In this document: positions 1-12,824 of the stretch, one piece after another
How the letters are laid out: each line of letters begins with the position of its first letter
Numbering within the stretch: the stretch's first letter is position 1
Source: Salpingoeca rosetta
Taxonomy: Eukaryota > Protista > Choanoflagellata
DNA length: 64,000 nucleotides
Reading direction: 5' to 3'
Assembly: GCA_033442325.1 (NCBI GenBank)
Contig: JAWQFM010000027.1
Coordinates: 297,017-361,016, forward strand
Notes under the pieces: model-generated
The model's database searches: none
Told to the model about the DNA's origin: nothing
What the model saw: only the letters and a program-made list of their open reading frames with translations
Program-made: the position numbers and the translations under genes

Positions 1-224
1 ACCAGGCAGGCAGGGCTCTCAGCGTCGCCTGTCATGCGTGGCCAACAGCAGCAACGGCGGCGGTAACAGCATGATGAGTGGTTGAAGTGGAAAGCAGGCA
101 TGCGTACATACAAGCCACCACGCGTGCATGCAAGCAAAACAGACAAGCAGAGATGCAGTGCCGCGCACATCGCATACCTTATGCTGAGGTACGTCATGCC
201 TTGTGCTGAATGTGTGCGATTCCT

Positions 225-415
225 GGTGGGCCTTTGTATCCGCCGACCTTGCCGATGCTGGCGATGATGGCTGCAGGGCTTCACCGGCGCGGAGTCGTAT
301 TCCACCGTCGCGGTGCCAGCCAGCAGGCCCACACGACACAATGCCGTGCGCGCCGGGCATACGCCCTCGATGTTGGACACGCACGAGGTGCACGGCATGC
401 CTGTAGTGCAGCGCA
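225..415 (-). pseudogene. Frameshifted heavy-metal-associated (HMA) domain fragment, Cu-ATPase/copper-chaperone type
   Basis: Minus strand from about 400 reads GMPCTSCVSNIEG (GMxCxxC motif), then RVGLLAGTATVEYDS, and in other frames GIVSC and PAAIIASIGKVGGYK. The HMA consensus only assembles across frameshifts. Confidence 0.6.
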
Positions 416-1075
416 ACAGCATCAACGAAAGTGGAAAGTGGAAGTGAGGAAGTACTAGTGAGTGAGCACCAAACGGCACACAAACGGACAAACACCCACC
501 CACACCCACACACCCACACCCACACGCACACACACACACACGCACACACACACACACACATGCACATGCACACACACACATGCACACACACACATGCACA
601 CACACACACAGTGCGCGCACCTGCAACTTGGTGTCAGTGCTTTCAGATGCATCGGCAGCTGCTGTTGTGCTCGGAGTGGGGTGATGGCTTCCTGAAGAGT
701 GTCGGCAACAGCATCTTGGGGCTTGTCGGAGGGCGCCGATTCCTCCTTCGCCTCGCTTTCTCGTGCACAACACATGATCTGCTTGTGTGTTTGTGCTGGT
801 GTATTGTTGTTGTTCCAACATTACCTTCTTCTCTGGGCTCGTCGAGGGAAAGTGCTTCCAAATCGGGGGCAGGTGTTGCCAGAAACGCAAGGACTTTCCT
901 TCTCTGCCAACACGGCAAGCAGAAGGTGTGCGGTGCGTTTTGTCGGTGTGAGAGCCACTTTTCGGCAGCAAAGAAAAAAAAAAACAGATGTGCAGGCATT
1001 CACGCAAGCAACAAGAGAGACGGTTGCTGCATTAAAATTGATCTGCTGCACAACCACTCCACGACGCGGGGGGCA

Positions 1076-1236
1076 ATGGAACCGTACTCTTTGTGTCGCA
1101 CACGTGGCGGTTCAAGAAAACGACGCACGCGCTGAACGTGTTCAGCGTGCTGCTGTTGCTTTAAGAGTTTGCACATGAAGAAGGGGCAGGCAGCGCAAGG
1201 TAACAGCAAGTGTGTGTTTATGTGTGTGTGTTTGTA

Positions 1237-1269
<33 letters not shown>

Positions 1270-1390
1270 GTTTGTGTGTGAGTGAGAGAGAGTGTGTGTG
1301 AGTGTGTGTGTGCCTGTGTGTGTGCCTGTGTGTGTGTGTCTCTCTGTCTGTCTCTCTCTGTCTCTCTGTCTCTCTCTCTCTCTGTCTCTG

Positions 1391-1423
<33 letters not shown>

Positions 1424-3532
1424 TCTCTCTGTCTATCTCTCTCTGTCTCTCTCTCTCTCTCTTCTCTCTCTCTGCCCTGTACACGCACACCTGTCTCTGC
1501 CACTGTCCTCGTGCCTCACCTCCTCCGCACTGTCAACATTGGAATCTCTTCCCATACTAACTGCGTGCGTTTGCATGCTCTCTTCTGCAGGGCAGTGATC
1601 TCTGTTCTCATGACGATGCAGCGAACTGCAGAGGCGGCACACCAAGCAACCCAGCGGCGCATCTCGCAGATGCTCCAGCAGGCATATGCGGACTTGAAAC
1701 CGGGAACCATGTTCAAGAGCAAGGATGGTGTGTTACGTGCTTTCACAGCCGTCGCTGTGTTCCATGAGATGGATGCAACCACCGTGTGAGTGCCTTACCT
1801 CGGTGCATGCGTATGCGCCCACGTCCTGTGTTTGTACGTGCTTGCATGCGAGCAAGGAAGCACGCGCGTCCACTCACTCTGTCTGCCTTTCTGTCTCTCT
1901 CTATACTCACACACACCACACACACTCACTCTCATTCTCTGTCTCTCTGTCGCTCTCCCACATACACACTCACTCTCTCACTCAATAACTCTCTCCCACA
2001 CACACGCTCACTCTGTCTCTGTCGCTCTCCCACATACACACACACTTTCTCTCTATCACCCTCTCACCCACACACTCTCTGTCTGTCTCTCTCTCCCACA
2101 CACACTCTCTCCGTCTACAATTCTCCTTCATCCCCTCTTCTTTTCTCTTCCATGCACGCAGGTGTACGCTTCGGACACTTTCGCCATTCGTGTCATCTGC
2201 AGCAACGAGAAGAGGCGCCAGGATGCGCTTAACATGAACGCAAGTGACCCTTCCCCGCTTGGGTGTCTCTACTGCTGTACCAGCACGATACAGCCTTGCG
2301 GAAGGTTTAGAGTGAATCAGCTGGGCATACATACTTGCCGCAACAGCAATCGGACAGTCACATCCCAGACGCTTGCGCGCGTTGACCAGGCCATCCTTGG
2401 TACTGGTCTCCAGATGGTGCAGGTGGCACGAGAAAGGTGTGTGTGTGTGTGCGTGTGCGTGTGCGTGCGTGCGTGCGTGCGTCTGTGTGTGTGTGTGTGT
2501 TTGTGTGTGTGTGTGAGTGTGTGTGTGTGCATGCGTGTGTGTGTNNNNNNNNNNNNNNNNNNNNNNNNNNNNNNNNNNNNNNNNNNNNNNNNNNNNNNNN
2601 NNNNNNNNNNNNNNNNNNNNNNNNNNNNNNNNNNNNNNNNNNNNNNNNNNNNNNNNNNNNNNNNNNNNNNNNNNNNNCACGTACACGCGCATGCGTGTAT
2701 CTCGGTTACGTACCTCCGTGCCTATCCAGCCCTACCGCCCACAACCACCCTTCCATTTGCCATGTGTCATCCCCATACAGACAGTGACTGTAGCGAATGG
2801 CGTCTGCAATTGCATCTACCACAAGAACTACAGCGGGCTTCCCTGCAAACACATCGTTGCAATCAACCATCCTCGCGCTCACACCGTACGTCTCACAGAC
2901 TTGGCTAGAGAAATTGATGTGAATGAGTCCAATTATCAACACACATACGAGCACGCAGACACACACACACATGCAGACACACACACACATGCACACATGC
3001 ACATGCATTTGCGTGCTTGCTGACACGCACACGCACACACACACACATACACACATACAAGTAGATCCACGACATGTTCAAGCAAGCCGTCTACGTGCAA
3101 GCCTGGCATGACTTTGGCCTGCGTGTGCCGTTGGAGGCGTCGAGCGTGCCTTGCGACATGCTGCCACCACCTGCAGTCATACAGCCCGGGCGACCGCAGG
3201 AGAACAGACTGGAGCGACAACCACGCAACCGCACGCGTAATCGCAGGGGCAGGGGTCGAGGCAGGGGTAGAGGCAGGGGACGTGGTGAAGGTGGTGGTCG
3301 GGGTGGTCGACGAGGTGGAGGGAGAGCGAGTGTACGGGGGATAGCACGCGGCAGAGGCGGCGCACCTACGGCAGATGCAACCGCGCCGCCATTATCACAA
3401 CCACCACAGCCACCACAACCGGTCTTCGTGAACGCGGCACCACTCATACAACCCCTACTCGGGGCGCATCAGGCCCATTCCCACCAGCACTGCCTGCACC
3501 TGTATACGGGCCAGCAGCGCCACCGCCTCTGA
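1076..3532 (+). mobile_element. MULE/MuDR transposase remnant (MULE-A): MuDR N-terminal Zn domain, SWIM finger and PGRP tail; DDE core not visible
   Basis: Exons at about 1591-1786 (LKPGTMFKSKDGVLRAFTAVAV) and 2162-2422 (SDTFAIRVIC...GCLYCC...FRVNQLGIHTC) form the MuDR domain. About 2781-2900 (CNCIYHKNYSGLPCKHIVA) is a SWIM finger. 3074-3532 reads PPPAVIQPGRPQENR plus RG repeats. A gap at 2545-2677 lies where the DDE domain would be. Confidence 0.7.
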
Positions 3533-3627
3533 TGCATGCCATGATGCCGAGCTTGTCAACGACACCGGTCATCACAAGCATATTGACGCCGCTGCAACTA
3601 CCAATGACTGGAGCGGGATGGCAGACG

Positions 3628-4440
3628 TCCACTTTTGAGGACTCTGTTGTGTACTCGTGCCACTCCGGTAACGTCGTTTACGACACCACATTCGGCAGCA
3701 CGCTCACCACCCTCCTTCCCCCAGACAGCACGTCTGCCTACATGACCTCGTTCACCCGCACGTGCCGGGCCGATCAGACCTACACCAACACGGAGCTGGC
3801 GTGTCATGACGTCAACGAGTGCGACCCAGACGCGTATGCAGCCTACACGGCCGCAACCGGCAACAGCGCCCAACAAGAGCAGTCGTTCAGCACGGCGTGC
3901 CAAGACGCATGCACCAACACAATTGGGTCGTTTGAGTGCTCCTGCCCTGCCGGGTTTGAGCTGCAAGCGGATGGGCGCTCGTGCGATGTGCTGTCGTGTG
4001 GGCTGCCGCCTTCTCGTCCCTTTGCCACCGTGGCCAGCCAAGACCAGCCCCGCACCTACCAGCAGCAGGCGCTGTACACGTGCGATGATGGCTACACCAC
4101 CACGGGCGATGCACAGGCTACCGCCACCTACACGGCTACCTGCACGGTGACAGGCAACTACACGTTCCAAGGGACGTGTGTGGAGGTGGACGAGTGCGCT
4201 GCCCAGCCGTGCATGAACGGCGGCGTGTGCACGGACCTGGTGAACGCGTTTGAGTGCGCATGTGTCGGCGAGTGGGGCGGCCCGACGTGCAGTGATGACA
4301 CTAACAGGCCGCCAGAACGCATCTCCCTCAGTACCACGCGCGTGCCAGAGAACACCTTCTCGCTGCCTCTCGTCACTGTCACTGTGGAAGACCCAGACAC
4401 CCACCAGAGCCACACGCTGCAGGTGCTCTCATCAACACCA
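3628..4440 (+). pseudogene. Fragment of a Sushi/Ca-binding EGF/cadherin-like surface protein gene
   Basis: ORF 3532-4623 contains a partial Sushi domain, EGF_CA (DVNEC...CTNTIGSFECSCPAGFELQADGRSC), a Sushi domain, EGF_CA (VDECAAQPCMNGGVCTDLVNAFEC) and the start of a cadherin-like domain (NRPPERISLSTTRVPEN...VEDPD). No signal peptide or complete C-terminus is seen. Confidence 0.7.
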
Positions 4441-4799
4441 CGCGCGTGCCTCCGCTGCGTTGAGCTCTCTTGCACACGACCATATGCTCACCAACGCCTT
4501 CCAATGCAGCTCATTGCTTCATCAACGCCCATGCCACATTCACATTTACATGTTTTACTTTCGGACTACGCTCCTACGCTCGCTCTCCGATTCTCGATGG
4601 TCCACGCTTCATTCGTGCCATAGCAACTGCTTCTTTCCGTGTTGTGGTGTGTACTTTTGAGTGACAACCGTCCAATATCTACACCGCCCAATACCCATCA
4701 TCCAAGAACAACCATCAAAAATAACAGCCATACAGCAAAGCACAACGTACAACCACATCGCTGCAACGGCAAGAAGAAACGAAGAAGATGCAGGCGACA

Positions 4800-7700
4800 T
4801 CACGATAGCAGAGGCCGGCACTGCTGCAACAGCGTCATCAAGCGCCTCAGGTCGTCGGGAGACGTGAACTCGCGTGATGCAAGAGCAGTGCACGCACTGA
4901 GCTGCGCACGCGCTCTCTCCTTGTATTCTCTCCTGCCCTTCTTCTTGTTCCTGCTCCGCCCAGCCTTATTACCGCCACCGTCTCCCACCAACGCCTCCAG
5001 AAGATCCTGCAGTCGCGCGCGGATGGCAGAGCACACCTCCACCACCTGCTGCCGCTGCTGCGCCACTTCATCAAACACATCCTCTCCACCCTCACCACTG
5101 CTACCTTCATCGGCTCCCTCACCAGCGCGCATGCGCTGCTTCTTGTGGTTTCTCCAAGCTGGTGCTGTTGAGGCAGCCGCGCCGCGGGAAAGAGGGTAGG
5201 AAACGAGACGCAAGGGTGGGAGACGTCCTCGGTGGTAAGAAAACACCGTATATGTGCCACCCAGGGCCAGCTCGGAGGCTATGTTGCGACGCTGGGCAAT
5301 GCGTTTTGTGTAAAGTGAGGTTTTATAGCGTATAAGGTATTTTTTGTCTGTCAGTTGGTGCGTGAGGAGCGGGGGATAAAGGAATTAGGTATAATGAAGA
5401 CCCCGATTGTAGGGGGTTGCGCTGATCTTTATCTGCTCCACCGCGACCCAAAGGGACAAAGAGAGCAAGAGNNNNNNNNNNNNNNNNNNNNNNNNNNNNN
5501 NNNNNNNNNNNNNNNNNNNNNNNNNNNNNNNNNNNNNNNNNNNNNNNNNNNNNNNNNNNNNNNNNNNNNNNNNNNNNNNNNNNNNNNNNNNNNNNNNNNN
5601 NNNNNNNNNNNNNNNNNNNNNNNNNNNNNNNNNNNNNNNNNNNNNNNNNNNNNNNNNNNNNNNNNNNNNNNNNNNNNNNNNNNNNNNNNNNNNNNNNNNN
5701 NNNNNNNNNNNNNNNNNNNNNNNNNNNNNNNNNNNNNNNNNNNNNNNNNNNNNNNNNNNNNNNNNNNNNNNNNNNNNNNNNNNNNNNNNNNNNNNNNNNN
5801 NNNNNNNNNNNTCCTTGCTTGCATCGTGCACTGCGCCACTGCCACCACCATCGCCACCACCAGCCGCCACGACGCCGCGCACGCTGTGCTTCCTGCGCAT
5901 TCATGTGGAGTTGGTTGCGCGCGTAACTGATGCGCATGAGCTTGGCCAGGTTGCAGTTGATGACGGCCTGGTTCACGCGGTCCCGCAGGTTGCGAAACGC
6001 CGCCAGCGCGCGGAAGAAATGCGCACACGCCATTTGCTTCTGCTCTTCAAATTGCGCGGCAGACCAGGCAGTGAGTGCCGGCATCTCCGACAGCTGGTCC
6101 ATCAGCACTTTGGCCATCTCGTTGTGCGCGTTGCCTGTCTGCCGCACCAGCGTCTGCTCCTCCATCAGAGAGGCCTGCGAGTGTGTGTATGGTTTTGTGT
6201 GTGCGTGAGCGATAAGGGGAACAGATGTGCCAGAGACAAGGCAAGAACAAACCAAGAGGCAAATAAGACGAGCAATCAAACACACACACACATACACACA
6301 CACACGCACACATACACAGAGACAGACACAACCAAGCAACCACAAACGCGCGCGCATCCCCCCCCCCCACGCACACACACACACACACAGACAGACACAA
6401 CCAAGCAACCACAAACGCGCGCACTCCCCCATCCCCCCACGCACACACACGCGCATGCACAGCCACCGCACGTTGTGGATAAAGTCGTAGAGAGCGAGTG
6501 CTGCCTTTGCCAGTGCCGCTCTGTCGCTGGGAAGAGGAAACGACACAACGGCCTGGCGCTGGAGCAGCGATCCCCCAAAAGTGCTTGGAATCGAACCAAA
6601 TTGCTGGCCCCAATCACGCGTGTCGCCATCACCACCAGCACTGTTGCCTACACCACTGCCATTCCGGCCGACCTTGTCCTCGCTCGAACCGCTCGCCTTC
6701 ATCACCATATCGCCATCATCACCGTCATCGTTGTCATCGTCGTCATTATTGTCAGTTTGTGCTGTTGGCGGAGGTGTTGCCGATGTTGACGGTGGCGGCG
6801 GTGCGCTGCTGCAGCGGCTGTTGTCATTGCTGGTGGTGCCCCTGGAGCTGTCACCATCACACGCGCGCGTCCAATCAAGCAGCCACACCTCCTTCGTCGG
6901 CACCACATGCCCACACCCGCCCCCTTTTCCCTGCGGAGAAGAGAGAGAGAGAAGAAGAAGAGAAGAGAGAAGAAGAAGAAGAAGAAGAAGAAGAAGAAGA
7001 AGAAGAAGAAGAAGAAGAAGAAGAAGAAGAAGAAGAAGAAGAAGAAGAAGAAGATGATGATGAGGTGGTGGAGGAGGAGGTGGTGGTAGTAGAGGAGGAG
7101 GTGGTGGTAGTAGAGGAAGAGGTAGTGGAGGAAGAGGTAGTGGAGGATGTGGCGGTGGTGTCCCACCGCGCCAGAGCCGCATCCTGCCGTGTGCGGTATG
7201 TTGCCTCTGCCATCTGCTGGGGAAGGTGCTGGGGTGCGTCGTGGTGCAGCGCCGCAAGCGCCAGGAGCGCGTGTGCGGCCAGCGGCAACACTTTACCAAG
7301 CAGGTCGTCTTCTTGCTTCACGTGTGTCTGCAGCTGCTCTGCCGCCTTGACGGCAATGATGGGGCCCGCTGCTGGTGGCGGCGTTGGTGGTGATCGCGAT
7401 CGCGATGGCGATTGTGTCGAATGTGCTGTCGTTGTCGTTGTCGTTGTCGTTGTTGTTGTGGTGGTGGTGGTTGTGCGCGATTGGTGGCCGTCCACGTGTT
7501 GTCGACCAGCCCTTGATGCATCGCCGCTGCGCTTGCTCTCCAGCTGTTCATCACCCGCGCCATTGACTCTGCTATCATTGCTCGCTGCACTCCCCCCTCA
7601 CCACCTTCCAGCTTACCACCACTACTGCCATCGCCTCCAGCTCTTCCGTTGTCATCACCATCCCCATCAGCACCTTGACCTCCGCCGTCACCACCGTCAT

Positions 7701-10189
7701 ACCACGTGCTTGCTCGGCGCGCGCCCGTGCGGCACCGCAGGCACAGGTCACAAAAGCGGACGGTGGATCCAAACTTCCCGCGCTGCAACGCAAGCTTGGC
7801 CAGCGTTGCGTAATGGTGTGCGGCGCGCGTGAGCACCAGCTCCAGCAGCTGCCGGCTGTGGCCGTCCTGCGGGTTGTCTGCAATCCACTCCACCGCTGGC
7901 TCCAACAGGTCCAAGGCAGCGAGCTGTGCATGGTACGCATCAGACGGCATGGGGATGGCGCCCGTGTCGGGTGGCCGACGCGGTGGCGGTGATGATGATG
8001 ATGTTGGTGGTGTTGCTGTTGATGATGACGAAGCACTCGCACCAGCACGACTACGCCCCTGCTGCTGCTTGTGTGCGCTAGGCGAATGCGACGTGCGGGC
8101 TGCACCACGTCTTCCATCACTGTCATCACCACCACCATCACTACCATCACTACCATCACGACTGCCACCATCGCCATCGCCACGATGATCAGCGAGGTTG
8201 AGCCGGGCGAGGACGTGCGGTGGCATCTGGCTCAGGTGCAGGTTGATGGCGGCTGCAAGCTTCGGATACCGCTCTGCCTCCACCAGGTTACGTGCGTTGG
8301 CCAGGAGTCGACACACCGTTGCATCATCGTCGTCCGTCTGGGGCTGGTCGTCCTCCAAAATGCGGATGGCAATCTTGTACAGCAGCAGCGCGACCGAGTG
8401 CGAAAACGGGTTGGTCACGTTTGAGTTTGGGTCTGTGGACAAGGACCGCGATTGCTCAATGAGGGCGGTGAAGTCGTACAGCCGCACAATGTCGTCATCC
8501 TCGCCCTTGTACAGCCAGTAGGTGTGTCCTTCCTCCGTGCAGTTCTTGTTGAGGAAGGTCTTCATGGATTGCGCAATGGCCACCACGGCCTCTGGATCAA
8601 ACCCGCTCATCTCGGGCAGGTCCTCTGTTGTGATCGTCTCGTAGCGTGACACAGCACCGTTCTGTGTTGGCGGTGGAGGGGGGGGGGATGTAATTGGGCC
8701 GTGTTGTGTTGTGGTGGTTGGGCGTGATGTGTTGGTTGTGTATTTGTGTGTGGGTGTGAATGATGTGTTGGTTGTGTGTGTGCATGATCTGAGTTGGTTG
8801 TGGTGTGTGCGGGTTGTGCGTGGGCCGTGTTGGGAGTTGGAAGATGGGAGGGATGATGTGTTGGTGTGTATTTGTGTGTGGGTGTGAATGATGTGTTGGT
8901 TGTGTGTGTGCGTGTGCGTGCGTGTTGAGAGTGGAAGATGAGGACGCGCGTGGGACAATTAGCAACACAGACACGCAAGCAAGCAAGCAAGCAACAAACA
9001 GCAAACAAGCAAACACATAAACACATACACACACACGCAAACAAACAAACACAAATACACACACACACAAGCGAACACAAACTCTCTCTCTCTCACACAC
9101 ACACACACAAACTCACGCACCGTGTGGTAGCACATCATAATCTCTGGGACGTTGCACATGAGGTTGTCCAGCCAGAGATCCATGCCAGTGAGCACGTTGA
9201 TTGACTGTCCGTCCTCCCGCAGCTTCAGGCTGATGGCCGGCACGGGCTTCTCGCCATCGCCAAAGATGGCAAGGTCAGACGTGACGACAGAGCGGATGTC
9301 GTGGAAGGACCACAGGTGGTCGTGTGTCTGCCAATATGAGCGAACAGGAAGACGCTGCTCCGCCTGTCCAACAACCGTCGACAGCAGCAGTTGGTTTGCC
9401 TCATGCCCACCACTACCGCTACCGCTGTTGCCACTGCTGTTGTCAATGCTGGCGCTGGTGGTATTCGTGTCCTCGTTTGATGGGGGAGGTGGCAGGGAGA
9501 GCGATGCCGGAAGGTGTGCAAGCGACGTGGATGTCTGTGACGACGAGTTGCAAATCGCTGATGGCGGTGTCGCTGTTCCCGACGACACGGGTGTCGGCCA
9601 TTCCCGAGCGACACCGGACCATCGNNNNNNNNNNNNNNNNNNNNNNNNNNNNNNNNNNNNNNNNNNNNNNNNNNNNNNNNNNNNNNNNNNNNNNNNNNNN
9701 NNNNNNNNNNNNNNNNNNNNNNNNACAGCCTGTCCAACACCCGTCGACAGCAGCAGGTTGGTTTGCCTCATGCCCCACCACTACCGCTACCGCTGTTGCC
9801 ACTGCTGTTGTCAATGCTGGCGCTGGGTGGTATTCGTGTCCTCGTTTGATGGGGGAGGTGGCGGAGAGCGATGCCGGAAGGTGCGCAAGCGACGTGGATG
9901 TCTGTGACGACGAGTTGCAAATCGCTGATGGCGGTGTCGCTGTTCCCGACGACACCGCACCATCGTGCACAGCGCTGCTGCCGTGATCCAAACTATCATT
10001 ACCACCATCACCATCATCGCTACCAGTGCCAACGTTGTTTGAGTCATTGGCATGATACAGCGGCGTGAATGGAAGAGGAATGGGGACTTGGTCGCGCTGG
10101 CTCACGTGTGAGAGAGGAAGGTACTCCAGCTGTGGCAGTGCCGGCAAGACATCTCCCGCCCTACTCACCACAGTGGTGGGCGGTTTCAT
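4800..10189 (-). CDS. EDRF1: Erythroid differentiation-related factor 1 homologue (multi-exon; N-terminus apparently missing)
   Basis: LWSFHDIRSVVTSDLAIFGDG..PAISLKLRED..INVLTGMDLWLDNLMCNVPEIMMCYH joined to NGAVSRYETITTEDLP...FLNKNCTEEGHTYWLYKGEDDDIVRLYDFT matches the EDRF1 core. Downstream helical exons include DRVNQAVINCNLAKLMR. Stop at 4800; spans gaps. Confidence 0.85.
6950..7053. repeat. (GAA)n trinucleotide microsatellite within the EDRF1 locus
   Basis: Long, nearly perfect GAA run. Confidence 0.95.
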
Positions 10190-10228
10190 TCAAAAAGAAA
10201 GCCCACGATGGCCAGGTACCATTGGGCG

Positions 10229-10278
<50 letters not shown>

Positions 10279-11050
10279 CGTGAGGGTGTGGATTGGAAAA
10301 GCTCCAACAAGAGGCCTCCAACAAGAGGCAGCGCAGGCTGTCATGCACAGCGCACAGGCAAGCCACTCACAGACAACCAACGCGGCTCGCCATCCTCGTT
10401 GATTCAGCAGCATGCAATCTCGAATCACCAGCAGATGTCTACGGGATAATCCAAACCGTTTGTTGGATGGAGCTTCTCGCTTCGCCCAGCATATCAGGCT
10501 GTCGACCCGCCCTGTACCGCCAACACAGAATGTGACACAGTCGATGGGATGAGTTGTGGGCGACCGCGGTCGGTTGGAAGCCAAGACCTGCATATTACGA
10601 AGCGAGGGCATGTGGCAAAGACACACACACACACACACACGCACACACACACGCATGAAAGCACAAGCAGGAGCCAGACAGTACAAGCCCCTCCGCCCAA
10701 GCCACACACCTACATCGTAGGAGCTGGTGGCGAAGTCAGACGTGCGCTGGAGACGCACCAGCCAGAAGTTGACCAGCTTGTCGTCAAGAAGCTAGTTGCC
10801 ATGAAGTCTGGCAATGGATGTGTTGGACGTTAAGGCGGAGATGACCACAAGGCAGCCACGATCGCGAACAAGGGGCAAACAGAAAACAGGACATGGGCTG
10901 ATGAGATGACGCAAGCATCGTGACCCTAGCTCGAACCTGATGTAGCTGCGGTCGAGGGTCTGCGGTTTGCTGACACCAACAACGACCATCACTTCCTTGC
11001 TCATCCAGCGGGTGTGATTGCGGCCCAGCTTCTCGTTATGGCGCGGTGCT
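10186..11050 (-). pseudogene. Degenerate Ulp1/peptidase C48 (SUMO protease) fragment
   Basis: Spliced segments TLDRSYIR, LHGN*LLDDKLVNFWL (LnD.vINF motif), IDCVTF...LICWAKR...YPVDI and AQWYLAIVGF (HWxLaiv motif with His replaced by Gln). It has an in-frame stop and a frameshift. Confidence 0.55.
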
Positions 11051-11055
11051 GTTTG

Positions 11056-11234
11056 CGTGAGAGAGAGAGTGTGTGTGTGTGTGCGGGTGAGAGAGAGAGT
11101 GTGTGTGTGTGTGGGTGAGAGAGAGAGAGTGTGTGTGTGTGTGCGGGTGAGAGAGAGAGAGTGTGTGTGTGTGTGCGGGTGAGAGAGAGAGTGTGTGTGT
11201 GTGGGTGAGAGAGAGTGTGTGTGTGTGTGGGTGA
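11056..11234. repeat. Compound (GA)n(GT)n minisatellite of about 30-36 bp units
   Basis: Repeated unit GTGAGAGAGAGAGTGTGTGTGTGTGCGG up to the gap. Confidence 0.85.
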
Positions 11235-11739
11235 NNNNNNNNNNNNNNNNNNNNNNNNNNNNNNNNNNNNNNNNNNNNNNNNNNNNNNNNNNNNNNNNNN
11301 NNNNNNNNNNNNNNNNNNNNNNNNNNNNNNNNNNGTGCGCGATGTGTGGTGGCGAGTCTATCAACCACAACCTCTGTGCAGAGTGCAGGTGGGTGTAACA
11401 CTTGTGCGGTTGGTTTTTGCGGAACGAACCTCTGTGGTCTGCGCTGTCGGGCTCAGCGGCGTTTCCGCCTCAGCATTAGTGGGGCGAAAGTGCGCGCGCT
11501 GCTGCCGTTGACGTTGATGTCTCGCTGCAACAGTTTTTTTCGCGTACACACACGTCCTGCGGTTGTTGGTGATGCCTTCTTCTAATACATAGCCCGCGCC
11601 GTGCTTCCCTCGGGCGAGGGTGTGCATGCTGGCTGTAAACTGTTCGAATCAAACCATGCACACGTGCACAGAGACACAGAAGGAGTGACGGGAGTGCCGC
11701 GCTCATGCAGGTGAATTCAGGAGCACACCACCGTGCAAG

Positions 11740-12824
11740 CGAGGTGCTGGCCGGATCCAAAGCCTCACCTCATCCGGTATTGGGATGCCAAGGACACTCA
11801 GGCTATGAGTGTGCTCCTTGAACAGCTCAGCCCGCACTCGGCCACACTCAGGCAGCGTCACGACACACCGAGCTGGGCAGTATCCAACGGATTTGGTGCC
11901 TCTGCGTCGGTTCACCGCGAGTACACGCCGATACATCCAACACGTGAGTGCATGCACATTGGGGAAACAAAAAAAAAAAGGAACACCAAGATACAGGCAA
12001 ACGAAGGTCACAGCACCCTAAAACAACAATGCAGCGCACCCCAGGTTGTTGGTGTCCTCCGCTTGAGATCAGTCCATGGCTCATTCGTGTAGAACGCATA
12101 TGTCGTCTCCTGTTCATCGAGCAGCCACGCCGCGAAGGCGTTCAGGGTTCTGAAATGGCGCATATCCACCACTGACACAAGCACAGCGATGGGCGTGAAT
12201 GAGTGGGAGGGGTGCATCGGATGCGCATGTATGTGGCCCGACACACACAAGCACACAGAAACCAGGGTGACATGAACGAGAACACGAGAGCAGTCAAAGG
12301 CGGCAAAGGACGCACCCGTTTCATGGTATGAAGGATGGTTGCTTTGGATATGTGCCACAAGCTGTGCGCAGCTCGGAAACCCGCCACAGTCACAGTTCAC
12401 GCAAACAAACGTGTCCCTCGTCTGTTGTGAACAGCATATGCAACGCAACATGCAAAGGAGTGCCAGTTGTGAGCACAACAAGGTTGTGTGACTGTGCCAG
12501 CAGAGGCAGCGCCAACATAAAACAGGCATTGGGGGGACAGAGGCAAGCGCGGGCAAGTACCTTGTACTCGTCTTCATGCGCCTTTGACTTTCGAATGTGA
12601 TCCTTGAGGTGTCGAACAGACCTGCACGTCTTGTTGCACTTCTCGCAGCGGTGAGGACCAGAACCACTACCAACGTTGACAACTTGCACCAAGGCCAGAA
12701 GGGATGGGATTTCGGTGAGGTCGTGTGTGACCTTGATGTGGTCGATCAGCCGTGAGACATTGCCGGTGGCCTCAGTGAAGCTGCAAGCGACGTGGGGACA
12801 TTGCCTCGTCAAGGTCGCGCTCAT
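11740..12824 (-). mobile_element. MULE-B: C2H2-zinc-finger MULE transposase, N-terminal part only (internally deleted)
   Basis: Exons encode C2H2-like fingers (CEKCNKTCRSVRHLKDHIRKSKAH; CVNCDCGGFPSCAQLVAHIQSNH), then FRTLNAFAAWLLDEQETT and RRGTKSVGYCPARCVVT...KEHTHSL (FAR1/WRKY-like domain). Architecture matches MULE-C. No DDE core found downstream. Confidence 0.65.

Noticed and set aside
5200-5471. Compositionally odd AT-richer stretch that could be a transposon end
   Set aside because: It runs directly into a gap and interrupts an EDRF1 exon, so it is most likely a low-quality read end. No matching terminus was found.
9360-9955. Direct repeat of about 230 bp on both sides of the 100-N gap in EDRF1
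   Set aside because: The copies abut a placeholder gap and differ by single-base indels, which is typical of an unmerged contig overlap.
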